This document shows positions 30,201 to 36,849 of a DNA stretch of 36,849 nt, in pieces; positions within the stretch are counted from its first letter, which is position 1, and each line of letters opens with the position of its first letter. The DNA is from Trichomonas gallinae (taxonomy: Eukaryota), in NCBI GenBank assembly GCA_008369845.1, contig MRSU01011590.1:1-36849 (forward strand), given 5' to 3'. The position numbers and the translations under genes were made by a program. The notes under the pieces were generated by a model. The model saw only the letters and a program-made list of their open reading frames with translations. It had not been told where the DNA came from and did no database searches.

Positions 30201-33200
30201 GGCTTCTATCAAATCTTGAAGCTGAGCAGCAGTTGTTCTTGCTGAAAGAGTGAAAGTGATTGAGTATATTTGGTTCATGTTTTTCTGCAGTGTAGATTGG
30301 ATAATTGATGTTTTTCCGCAGCCACTTTCGCCCAAGAACAGAACTGGGCGTTTGTTGTTGATGAGAATTGACAAAAGGGAAGAGAATCTGAGAGTGTCTG
30401 TTGTTGGGATGATCGATGTAACTTCTTCGTTGGCAAGCAAATCGCTCCATGGAGTGAACTTCAATTCCTTGATGTCCAATGAATAATCGAAGATCATGTG
30501 TCTCGTTGGATAGTTGATTCTCCTCTCGAAGATCTCGCGCATGAATGTATCGAAATCTCCACGTGTTGCATCAGTGACAATACCACCGAATGACCATGCA
30601 ACAGCAAAGGCGAATACATGAGCAACAGCTTTGCCGATAACATCTTCTTTGAATGATAAAGACCAGTCGACTTTTTGATCGCTGACCATCGCATCAATGA
30701 TTGCGAGAACTGATTGCGCGATGTTCCACATAACTGGCCTGATGACTGTCTTGCAATTCTCCTTGAGGCAATTCATTGCTGGATCGAATGTCTTCTCGAA
30801 TAACTCGGCGTAAATTGGTCTGATGAGTTCTGGCTGCTTTATAACCCAAGCGTCAACGAGTGGGTGCCAGCCTAAGTCTTCTGGTTGGTAGTAAACCATA
30901 CCGCAACGAGAAACAGTAGCTGGGGAGGCTTGCTCTAAGTCACCTACTTCAAAGAGCAAATGCATTTGGTCTGTCATCTTGATTCTGTCACTGTTTGCGA
31001 GGGAAAGCAATTTGTTATCATCGAGAACTGTGTTCATGTTTTCGATCCAAAGTGCATCGACAGGGCCATCGAAGATAATCCATTCTTGAAGCTTTGGATC
31101 TGCTTCTGCCATTTCGCTGAACATTTTTCCGACTAAGCCGTTCTTCCAGTCACCTGTCACTAAGTTGTAAGCACCATACAGATCTGTCAGTGTCACAGAC
31201 TTCGGGTTGAGTTCCTTAAATTCAACTTGGTTGCCCATGACTCCGAGAGCGTCTGCGAGAACGTTCCTTGATGTTGTCTTGCCGCCGCCTGTTGGACCAA
31301 CGAGCATGACACCATGTCTGATGTAGATTGTCTGGTATAACTGGATAGTCTTTGTGGTGAGGAATTGGGATGGCTGCAAGTTCTTCTGCTGGTAAACAGT
31401 TGCAATTGCTTGCTCGAGTGTTGGGAAGACTTCATCCTGGAATTCGACACCAGGGAAAAGATCTCCGACAATTGCATCGAAAAGTTTTGCATCATCTATC
31501 AAAAGCTTGGAAATGTTTGAATCGCGCATGGCTCTGATCAAGATGATGTCTTCATTGAGATCAGGAGACCTTCTCTTGGATGCACCAGCCATAACAAGAA
31601 CAGACTTAAGAGCACGCATACCGAAATCGTAGTGGCTCTGGCGACTGAGCATTTCACTGGAAAGTTTGTAAAGCTGAGTGACTTTCTGGGCGAGTGGCTT
31701 GGCATTGTTGAAACCTTCTGAGTAAAGGACGACTTCTGCAATCATAGAATAGTCAGGAACCATCATAGATATTGGCCTGAAGAGTGACTTCAAGTTATCT
31801 GGAAGTTCTGTTCTGCCGGCGTAGCCAGGGTTCATTGTGATGAAGACGCCAGCACGTGGGTTAAGAGGAATAACGTTTCCGCAGAAAGTGAAGTTTGTTA
31901 AACCAGCAGCCGTTGCTGATTGAACTTCGTAAACTTGTTCTGCGATAACGGAAAGAACTTCGCTGTTGATTCTGTTGAATTCATCGAAGCAAGCCCAGGC
32001 ACCCGACTGTGCAAGGCCGCTGAAGAAGGACTCCATTTGAATAACGGTGACAGCGTCTGAGCAGTTGAAGACGACGCAGAAGTTGCCGACAGCTTTGGCG
32101 AGATCTTTAACTGTTTCCGTCTTACCTGTACCTGCTGGACCGGCCGGAGAACCGCCTAAGAAGAACTGGAGAGCGCTTGTCAATGTTAAGTAGCAACGCT
32201 CAGTAAGTGGTGTGACAACAAGCCTTGATGTTGCGCCGATATATTCGTAGCCGTATTCGATGCTGGCACTCGCCTGGTGGATTTGAACTCTGTTGGATTC
32301 TTCGTCCCAGTAGTACCTGAGTCTTCTGGTCCACTCGAAATCGTCGACTGACTTGACTTCTGAGTGAATCAGCTCTGATGTAATATCTCTTGAGTGAACG
32401 TCCAGGGTGATGAGAGCGACAATTGTTGAATGAATGTTTCTTGGAAGCTTTGTTCTGACTAAATCAGCCAGGTCAACGAGTTGCTGCTCTTGCTTAGTCT
32501 TGAGCTGATCTAAAGCGGCTAATGGGTCTTCTTCTGAAAGAGCAGCTTCCACTTGCATCGCAAAGTTTATCTGTGTGATGACTGAAACAACTTGTGCTGG
32601 ATTTTGTTGCAGCCATTCCGTTCTCTGGTCGTCTATGTATGTGTTTCTTCCGTTCTTGAGAACTCTGTTTATAGACAACTTCATTGACTTCTCCATGTTT
32701 GACATCCATCCTTCGATTGCGCCAAGTGTCTGCGTCTTGGTGAGAGTGACAACTTCACCTTCCGCAGACGTCATCGACAAAATATCTTGGTAGTTCGGAG
32801 AGAATTGGAGAGTTTGAATGCCTTCGAAGAGCTTTGGAAGGAAAGGCTGAACAGCTTTCGGATTTCTTGCTTCTGCAAAGATCTTGAGGAGGTTCTCGTT
32901 TGACAAGAAGTAGAATCTTGGGAATGCTGTCCTCTTCTTCTGAAGGAATGCTTCGAGAGCTTTCTGGATTTCGTCTGTCTTCTGGATATATCCTTCGAAC
33001 ATTGAAACTGCTTTTTGGTTCGCACAAAGTTTGTAAACTCTTGGCGAGTCCCTTGCATGCAAGCCCCAAGCTTTATACTGCCTTTCGATTGTTGTAAGCT
33101 CTTTAGTCTCAGTGGCGAGTTCGCGCTGGATATCTGATGAGCTGAAAACTTTCGCGAGACTGTTGAAAGCGATCTGGAACTGCGTGATATAATCCAGGCA

Positions 33201-36200
33201 TTTTGCAAGACCATTCATAGCTTTACTGTAGTCATCGACTTGAGATTTAATTGCGCCAACATATCTGGAAGAGCGAATTGTTGATAACTGGACTTGTGAT
33301 TCTTCGAGCAAAGCAATGACTTCATCGAGAGAGCCGACGAGATAAAAGTCTTTGATGTCTTTGTGCAATACCATTGTGAATTCGACTTTGTCCCATGTTG
33401 CTTCGATCTCGTGGAGGGCCCTGAGAAGCTGTGCTTCGTTCGTTGCATCGTTTGCAATGGATTCGATCGACTCTGAAAATGATGCAACGTGCTTATCGAT
33501 CAAGAAGTTGAGCGTGTATTGGGCTTCGTTAAGACGCTGAATGCCTGTCAGCGACTCGATCTTCTGCCAGTGCATTGGTGTGAGATTTGGATTCGTAAAT
33601 GCGACAATGACAGGAAGGATCTCGTTGAACTGGTATACAGAAGATTTGAAGATTGGGCCGAGAGGATGTGTTGGCATGCCGCTCGTAATCTGCATGGAAA
33701 TTCTTGTGTATTTCTGGAGCTCTTCTGTCATGTTTTCGACATCGATTGTCTTGAAAGGAGATGGGAGCCACTTCTTCGTGAGTACCTGCCAATCTCTGTA
33801 TGATGTCCACAACAGCATTCTCACGTTGAACTCCTGTGTAATCTGAGTGAGTTCGTCGATCGGACTGACTTTGATCTGCAAAGATCTCTGATACCTCTGA
33901 ATCTCTTCTGACCTGTCCTTTAACTCGTCCAGCTTCGACTGAAGCTTGGACAGATACGTGATATTATCTTGTGGATATGCATCTGCTGACATGACTTTTT
34001 CGTTTTGAAGAGCGGAATGCATTTCGACGAATTCTTTCGATAAATCTGAGAGAAGTGTTGCGATTGATGGCGTCCACTTCTTGATCTTGTTCTCTTCTTC
34101 TTCGTTCATTGTCTGGAGGAGTGTCTCAAGTTGCTGTATGAACTGTCCAAGCTGCCTCCAGTTCAACACTTGCTCATCTTGAACGTTGATGCTTGCGTTT
34201 TGTATCAATGCGTAAAAATCGCTGATTTCTTTGTATGTTTGCCTGACTGTTTCCATATTCTTCGATGTTTGCCTCCTAAACTCCAATTGAGAGACAAAGA
34301 CATGAATCGTTGGTGGATCGAGTTTGAGTGTTCTCAATGCTTCGTCAACAGTTTCTTGTAATACTGTAACTTTTGTCTCTGCAATGACCGGAATTGCTGC
34401 GTTCAAAGCCTGAAGGCATCTGCGCGGTGATGGCTTGATCCTGTCGCAGAACCCGGACAAAATAACAAGGAGCAGATCAACTTGTGTGTTTCTTTCCAAT
34501 GCATCCATTTCCTTGATTTCGCGCTTGTATTTTTCGATTGCGTCGTTGTAAAAGTCTGCCTTTGGATCCTCAGCTCTGACTTTGTCGACATTGAACTCGA
34601 TGTTCTCGAAATAGGCAGTAAGGAATGGAACATAGTCTTCTATCTTCTTTGTAGCAAGAGAATAAGCGTTTTCGATCCTTGTTACCATTTCTGCGGCGAG
34701 TTCTCTGTATTCTAATGAGTTGTGCATGATCTTCGAGAGTGGAACGACATACTCACTCCATCCATATGCAGCGTAGTACTGAGAAAGTGATGCATGCTCA
34801 GAAAACGTTGGGATTGAAAAAGCAAATTGAAGCAAAAGCTCCCAAACTTCGATAATTTGAGATCTTGTCGTTTCAAGATTTGGACTGAATCCAAGTTTGT
34901 TGTCTTCTATGACCATATTGATAGATAATCTCGTAATATCGCCACCTTGGCTATTTGCGCGCGGTGCCAAGAAATCAACAAGCTCCGTGATGCTCTTGAC
35001 AACAAAAGAGTACAAACAATGAATAAGCATGTAATCACATAATCTAATAAAGCGAGATAATCTCTTATAGCAAAATCTCTGAGTGGCAAGTTGAGTGTAG
35101 ACCATCATGTCTGAGTTTCTCGTAGGCTTTTCTTTCTTTGCCTGTGCAGAAACTTTCTTTGGCTTCTTTTCTTCTCCGTCTTCATCCTTTTTCTCTTTCT
35201 TCTTCTTCTTTTTCATATTATCATGTGATGAGCCTGTGGCTTCATATGTAACATCACAAGCATGAACAATTGAAGCGCGAGCAGAATCTATAACTTCTGT
35301 AACAATTTCGCGGACTTTTTCTAAATGCTGGTTCTGGCGTTCAACAAACTGGGTGAGAGTCAATGATTGGCTGGATTTAACATCAACCAATGATTGCTGT
35401 AATATTTGATTGCAAACTTTTTGAAGATCTAAGACAGCATGACGCAAAATAGCATCGACAATGAATAACTCTGATGACATTTTTGTTTGTGAATGCGTGA
35501 TTCCATGTTTAAGTGTAATAGATCGTAATAACGTGAATGATCTCCATTTTTCGTATTTAGCAAAGAATTCTTGATTTCTGATTTGTATGAAGATAGTGCA
35601 CTCTCTTACCCACTGTGCAAGCTTCGTAAACTCAACTTTGCCGCCTTTGTAAGATGTAACACCATCAGCTGAAAGAGTGTAATAATTTTGCCAATTGACA
35701 AGATTCGGACTCGTAACACGAAGAAAATATACGTTTTCTGGTTCGATATTGGTTGGTGGAGTAGAATGAAAATAAAGAAACTCTTCATCAAGTTTTTTCT
35801 GCTTGATCAAACGAATGTAGTAGAAGATGTATCTCTGATCACACCATAATTCATCAGAAATAGCGCTTGTGTAAAATTCGTCAAGTTTGAATCTTTCAAG
35901 TTCATCCGGAAACTGCGCGATATTATTTGATTTCTTGAGTCTAAAGAGTCCATATGGGACTTCGTGCTCATCCATTTGTGATGTAGCTGTCTTTGGAATT
36001 GCAAATTCCGGTTTTTCTCTGCGTGAGGAAATTGGCGTTGGAGCAAAAGAAGACTGAGGTTTTCTCGCTGATGCTGTTCTAGAAATTGTTGCAGAACGTG
36101 CAAATTTAGAATCTGTTCTATCACATGCGGTAGATGGCCTTACATCATTTGAAACGTATGATACTGGGCTAGCTCTCGAACTTGGTGTGATTGGAGTTGG

Positions 36201-36452
36201 AGGAGCTCGCATAGTTGATATTGCGGTTGCAGGTCTTGAGCTTGTTAGCGTTGAAAGACCTGAAATTCGCGATGATAAATCGTTTGGAATTTGTAGACCA
36301 GGAACAACGACTGTTTCTGTTTTATTTTCTAATCTCGATGTTTTTAATGATGGTGAAATTTGATCTGAATTTTTCGGAACAAGGCCTTTTGGTACCTTCT
36401 TCGCGACTGGCTTAGCATAGAGCCTATTTATTAGCGCATCTTTTTGGCTCAT
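24294..36452 (-). CDS. Axonemal dynein heavy chain, single-headed inner-arm type (DNAH6-like), 4052 aa
   Basis: P-loops GPAGTGKT, GPTGGGKT, GESGCGKT and GMGGTGKR; CFDEFNRI, FITMNPGYAGRTELPDNLK, FDGPVDALWIENMNTVLDDN, stalk coiled coil and C-terminal GVLSTTGHSTNFV. The tail segment NYYTLSADGVT..VEF...QW.RE..F..I....FF..Y..W..F resembles DNAH6 (recalled, not searched). Confidence 0.95.
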   Translation of the reverse strand: MSQKDALINRLYAKPVAKKVPKGLVPKNSDQISPSLKTSRLENKTETVVVPGLQIPNDLSSRISGLSTLTSSRPATAISTMRAPPTPITPSSRASPVSYVSNDVRPSTACDRTDSKFARSATISRTASARKPQSSFAPTPISSRREKPEFAIPKTATSQMDEHEVPYGLFRLKKSNNIAQFPDELERFKLDEFYTSAISDELWCDQRYIFYYIRLIKQKKLDEEFLYFHSTPPTNIEPENVYFLRVTSPNLVNWQNYYTLSADGVTSYKGGKVEFTKLAQWVRECTIFIQIRNQEFFAKYEKWRSFTLLRSITLKHGITHSQTKMSSELFIVDAILRHAVLDLQKVCNQILQQSLVDVKSSQSLTLTQFVERQNQHLEKVREIVTEVIDSARASIVHACDVTYEATGSSHDNMKKKKKKEKKDEDGEEKKPKKVSAQAKKEKPTRNSDMMVYTQLATQRFCYKRLSRFIRLCDYMLIHCLYSFVVKSITELVDFLAPRANSQGGDITRLSINMVIEDNKLGFSPNLETTRSQIIEVWELLLQFAFSIPTFSEHASLSQYYAAYGWSEYVVPLSKIMHNSLEYRELAAEMVTRIENAYSLATKKIEDYVPFLTAYFENIEFNVDKVRAEDPKADFYNDAIEKYKREIKEMDALERNTQVDLLLVILSGFCDRIKPSPRRCLQALNAAIPVIAETKVTVLQETVDEALRTLKLDPPTIHVFVSQLEFRRQTSKNMETVRQTYKEISDFYALIQNASINVQDEQVLNWRQLGQFIQQLETLLQTMNEEEENKIKKWTPSIATLLSDLSKEFVEMHSALQNEKVMSADAYPQDNITYLSKLQSKLDELKDRSEEIQRYQRSLQIKVSPIDELTQITQEFNVRMLLWTSYRDWQVLTKKWLPSPFKTIDVENMTEELQKYTRISMQITSGMPTHPLGPIFKSSVYQFNEILPVIVAFTNPNLTPMHWQKIESLTGIQRLNEAQYTLNFLIDKHVASFSESIESIANDATNEAQLLRALHEIEATWDKVEFTMVLHKDIKDFYLVGSLDEVIALLEESQVQLSTIRSSRYVGAIKSQVDDYSKAMNGLAKCLDYITQFQIAFNSLAKVFSSSDIQRELATETKELTTIERQYKAWGLHARDSPRVYKLCANQKAVSMFEGYIQKTDEIQKALEAFLQKKRTAFPRFYFLSNENLLKIFAEARNPKAVQPFLPKLFEGIQTLQFSPNYQDILSMTSAEGEVVTLTKTQTLGAIEGWMSNMEKSMKLSINRVLKNGRNTYIDDQRTEWLQQNPAQVVSVITQINFAMQVEAALSEEDPLAALDQLKTKQEQQLVDLADLVRTKLPRNIHSTIVALITLDVHSRDITSELIHSEVKSVDDFEWTRRLRYYWDEESNRVQIHQASASIEYGYEYIGATSRLVVTPLTERCYLTLTSALQFFLGGSPAGPAGTGKTETVKDLAKAVGNFCVVFNCSDAVTVIQMESFFSGLAQSGAWACFDEFNRINSEVLSVIAEQVYEVQSATAAGLTNFTFCGNVIPLNPRAGVFITMNPGYAGRTELPDNLKSLFRPISMMVPDYSMIAEVVLYSEGFNNAKPLAQKVTQLYKLSSEMLSRQSHYDFGMRALKSVLVMAGASKRRSPDLNEDIILIRAMRDSNISKLLIDDAKLFDAIVGDLFPGVEFQDEVFPTLEQAIATVYQQKNLQPSQFLTTKTIQLYQTIYIRHGVMLVGPTGGGKTTSRNVLADALGVMGNQVEFKELNPKSVTLTDLYGAYNLVTGDWKNGLVGKMFSEMAEADPKLQEWIIFDGPVDALWIENMNTVLDDNKLLSLANSDRIKMTDQMHLLFEVGDLEQASPATVSRCGMVYYQPEDLGWHPLVDAWVIKQPELIRPIYAELFEKTFDPAMNCLKENCKTVIRPVMWNIAQSVLAIIDAMVSDQKVDWSLSFKEDVIGKAVAHVFAFAVAWSFGGIVTDATRGDFDTFMREIFERRINYPTRHMIFDYSLDIKELKFTPWSDLLANEEVTSIIPTTDTLRFSSLLSILINNKRPVLFLGESGCGKTSIIQSTLQKNMNQIYSITFTLSARTTAAQLQDLIEAKMQSKRKTLYGPPEGKSAVLLIDDFNLPRPDTYWSQPPIEILRQVINCKGLYNRDELFWYDIDNLTIIAAGLSQGHVTPRFISRFTVLGLPSPSDGVLTRIFGETLNRFLANGFMDPVVGLAESIVKASVVFYRKVKAELLPTPSRSHYTFNLRDVSRVFKGICMTSNKSLADVPTFIKLWFHECMRVFGDRLIDDADREKLMQTMYDISKSTLRVKEDISYFFGDTPICFTDILKGYGDPNKHVYEESASLAKTTAALQTFSEIYKSQIVLFKECIDHILRIVRVLRQPVGHMLLVGMGGTGKRTAARFAAFVAEIEIFEPQPGKEYGLPEFRNDLRGLFKTAGVANKPIMFLLTDEQIVDESFLEDINNILNSGEVPGLFESEEFDQMVNELVPQMKKAGESLGYDSLCRRFTQNIMNNLHVILALSPIGGSFRDRCRIFPSLVSCCTIDWYEPWPDKALRTVASDFIDKIDLSEFGDVKEKIADLATSAHSIVARAAAQFKSSLNRVYYVTPAVYVEFFALFNATLSKRKGDLNQKKEQLEKGVEKLLETNEKVQEMEGQLTTLRPQLQVKAENTAKILAKLKVDREHVNQTHVMISKEEEVVKKVREEATQLADEAQADLDRALPYLENAKAAVEDLKNKKTDLAAVKTFVKPPQLVIEIMEAVCLLCGKSPDWSSAKQLLSQTDFFNRLLEIHNNPVADSTLDRIRKMSADPRFELSKVMGVSQSAACLFKWVTAIEQFVTENTKIQPKIKRRDEAKAKQEEAEISLKKKQEELAEISAKLAQLQQEYDNSVAEQKELQIKIEQCEYRLKNASALTTALDSERVRWSENLKELKAQEKSLLGDSILISLHVAYVGPFSMPFRQSVISDWIKKFDELGVVHTAEFALESVAVDAITLREWQVNGLPNDQLSRQNGVLVTSTRRWPLLIDPQGQGRAWLVANGGMKTVRCDDPNYTREIISAIKLGTSILVEDVGEVLDPGLQFILLPKFKVASGRKTLKVGDKYIDYDPAFRLFLTTKLSNPQYLPDVFIQLSVINFSVTLEGLEEQLLSDVVLHEMPELEKQRSDLIVAISKDQKQLSQLMAQILHLLFTSRGNILDNEQLIKTLNEAKSTATQVGERLIESQKTEKEIAEKREVFRAVATRGSVLYFIVLELPGIDSMYQYSLEFFKRIFNAVLDTTEPNENIEERCGAFIERTTFAVYSNVSRGLFSNHRQVFSFLIASWLHRSTGIIPDNLWKIFTRGPPEVDLEKFGEPSDKIEPRIWAKACALSAAVPEFRDLPSLLCSNYEEFQPFIFGPMFTLPAPFDKMSTFMRLICATCIARRKVVTISRQFVCEVLGQKFIESSRVDLNEAFADTSNDTPLLFILSQGADPRESLERLAEDHGVLSKLHILSLGQGRGPTASKLVKESKRDGDWVFLQNCHLCPSFLPKLEHIVQKMSATANTYHGEFRLFLSSMPTDVFPISILRNSVKVTSEPPSDIKPNIGLLMNTLSAEKWEGCPKSRPWKKLVYSIAIFHATIQERKRYGSLGFNKIYEWNTSDFSIATKFLLQFLTQHDAVPWQALRTMIGEVVYGGRVTDDWDRRCMNAILDKFLDNNSLEDNFFYDAENLYSSIPLCDFAGIFEHVSNLPNDDSPSIFGLHPTSLNALNLRLSEQMLTWVLNVQPRDSCGESASKDDEAVINLAEQLDTSLIAEITFKGASPSIVGEEGAEHNPDEPPNSMIVVLYQEVERYNKLIKVIHSTLKDCVLAVRGQVVMSVDAQDVYRSLISQRVPDAWSRHSYPSMKPLSSWFKDLLQRVDFIRDWIRRGEPTCFWFPGFFFPQSFLTAVLQQHSRKHKLPIDRLSFKAEVLRESPDKIIKSPEDGAYITGLYIDGGRWDVNRFALADNDTDVVYNDFPAVHIIPCCDFEPPEDEYWCPVYRTPERAGVLSTTGHSTNFVVALNIPSNENPNKWTLRGTALLLTTPY

Positions 36453-36460
36453 GCAAATTC

Positions 36461-36465
36461 AATGA
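36461..36465 (-). promoter_or_regulatory. Inr TCATT upstream of dynein
   Basis: AATGA on the + strand, 8 nt upstream of the minus-strand ATG at 36452. Confidence 0.55.
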
Positions 36466-36715
36466 TAATCGTTTATTAATAAAAAATTTTTCGTGAAATC
36501 AAAAATTTTTATTCTAAATTACTACTGAATAATAATTCTGCAGATATCTTCGAATAAAGCTTTACAAAAAAATGACATCTGGATACGCACTTTTTGAATT
36601 CTTGTCATGTAAATGTCAATTTTATTTTTACGTGTCAAAACCACAAGAGCTATTCACATGATAATAGAGCTATGGAATTGATTTTAAAAGTGCAGATATT
36701 TACTCAATTTAGTGT

Positions 36716-36782
36716 ATTTTTTACATCGATAATGATACATAAAATACGCGTTTTTGAAAGTGACATTATCGATGTAAAAAAT
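36716..36782. repeat. Perfect 19-bp inverted repeat with 29-nt spacer
   Basis: ATTTTTTACATCGATAATG (36716-36734) and CATTATCGATGTAAAAAAT (36764-36782). Confidence 0.9.
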
Positions 36783-36799
36783 GACAAAAAAACTCAATC

Positions 36800-36803
<4 letters not shown>

Positions 36804-36830
<27 letters not shown>
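36804..36830. repeat. 27-nt poly(T) run, i.e. poly(A) on the minus strand
   Basis: Directly visible homopolymer, much longer than any other in the window. Confidence 0.9.
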
Positions 36831-36849
36831 GGCACACCTCTTTTGACAT

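Noticed and set aside
36594..36803. 69-aa ORF across the inverted repeat
   Set aside because: Non-ATG start and intergenic composition.
1..36849. tRNA, rRNA, snRNA, CRISPR, prokaryotic operon or defence system
   Set aside because: No cloverleaf/T-loop, snRNA signature or repeat-spacer array was seen, and the gene content is eukaryotic. This was a manual scan, so small RNAs could have been missed.

Overview
AT-rich, intronless, gene-dense eukaryotic DNA that most resembles Trichomonas vaginalis or a close parabasalid. This is inferred from Inr (TCAYT), M2 (AAAGTGAC), M3 and M5 (CCTTT) core-promoter motifs, short spacers and the gene families present. It holds about 15 protein-coding genes: a 31-aa-repeat hypothetical protein, eIF2B-epsilon, Trm11, an ATG-less Ser/Asn/Cys-rich ORF, a GRAM+TM protein, a 70-aa ORF, a PP2A/PP4/PP6-type phosphatase, rpS9 (uS4), a CaaX protein, a HEAT-repeat protein, a small 2-TM protein, a talin/Sla2-like I/LWEQ protein, a CARMIL-like PH-LRR protein, casein kinase 1 and a 4052-aa DNAH6-like axonemal dynein heavy chain. 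Non-coding highlights are tandem TTAA-flanked MITE copies with GG..CC termini (Kolobok-like) at the left edge, a CTGCA(A)GATGAAA motif in all three convergent intergenic spacers, and a perfect 19-bp inverted repeat plus a 27-nt poly(T) at the right edge. I found no tRNA, rRNA, CRISPR or clear intron. I cannot establish a clearly new biological system from the sequence alone; the findings are leads. All calls come from reading the sequence, with no database searches.
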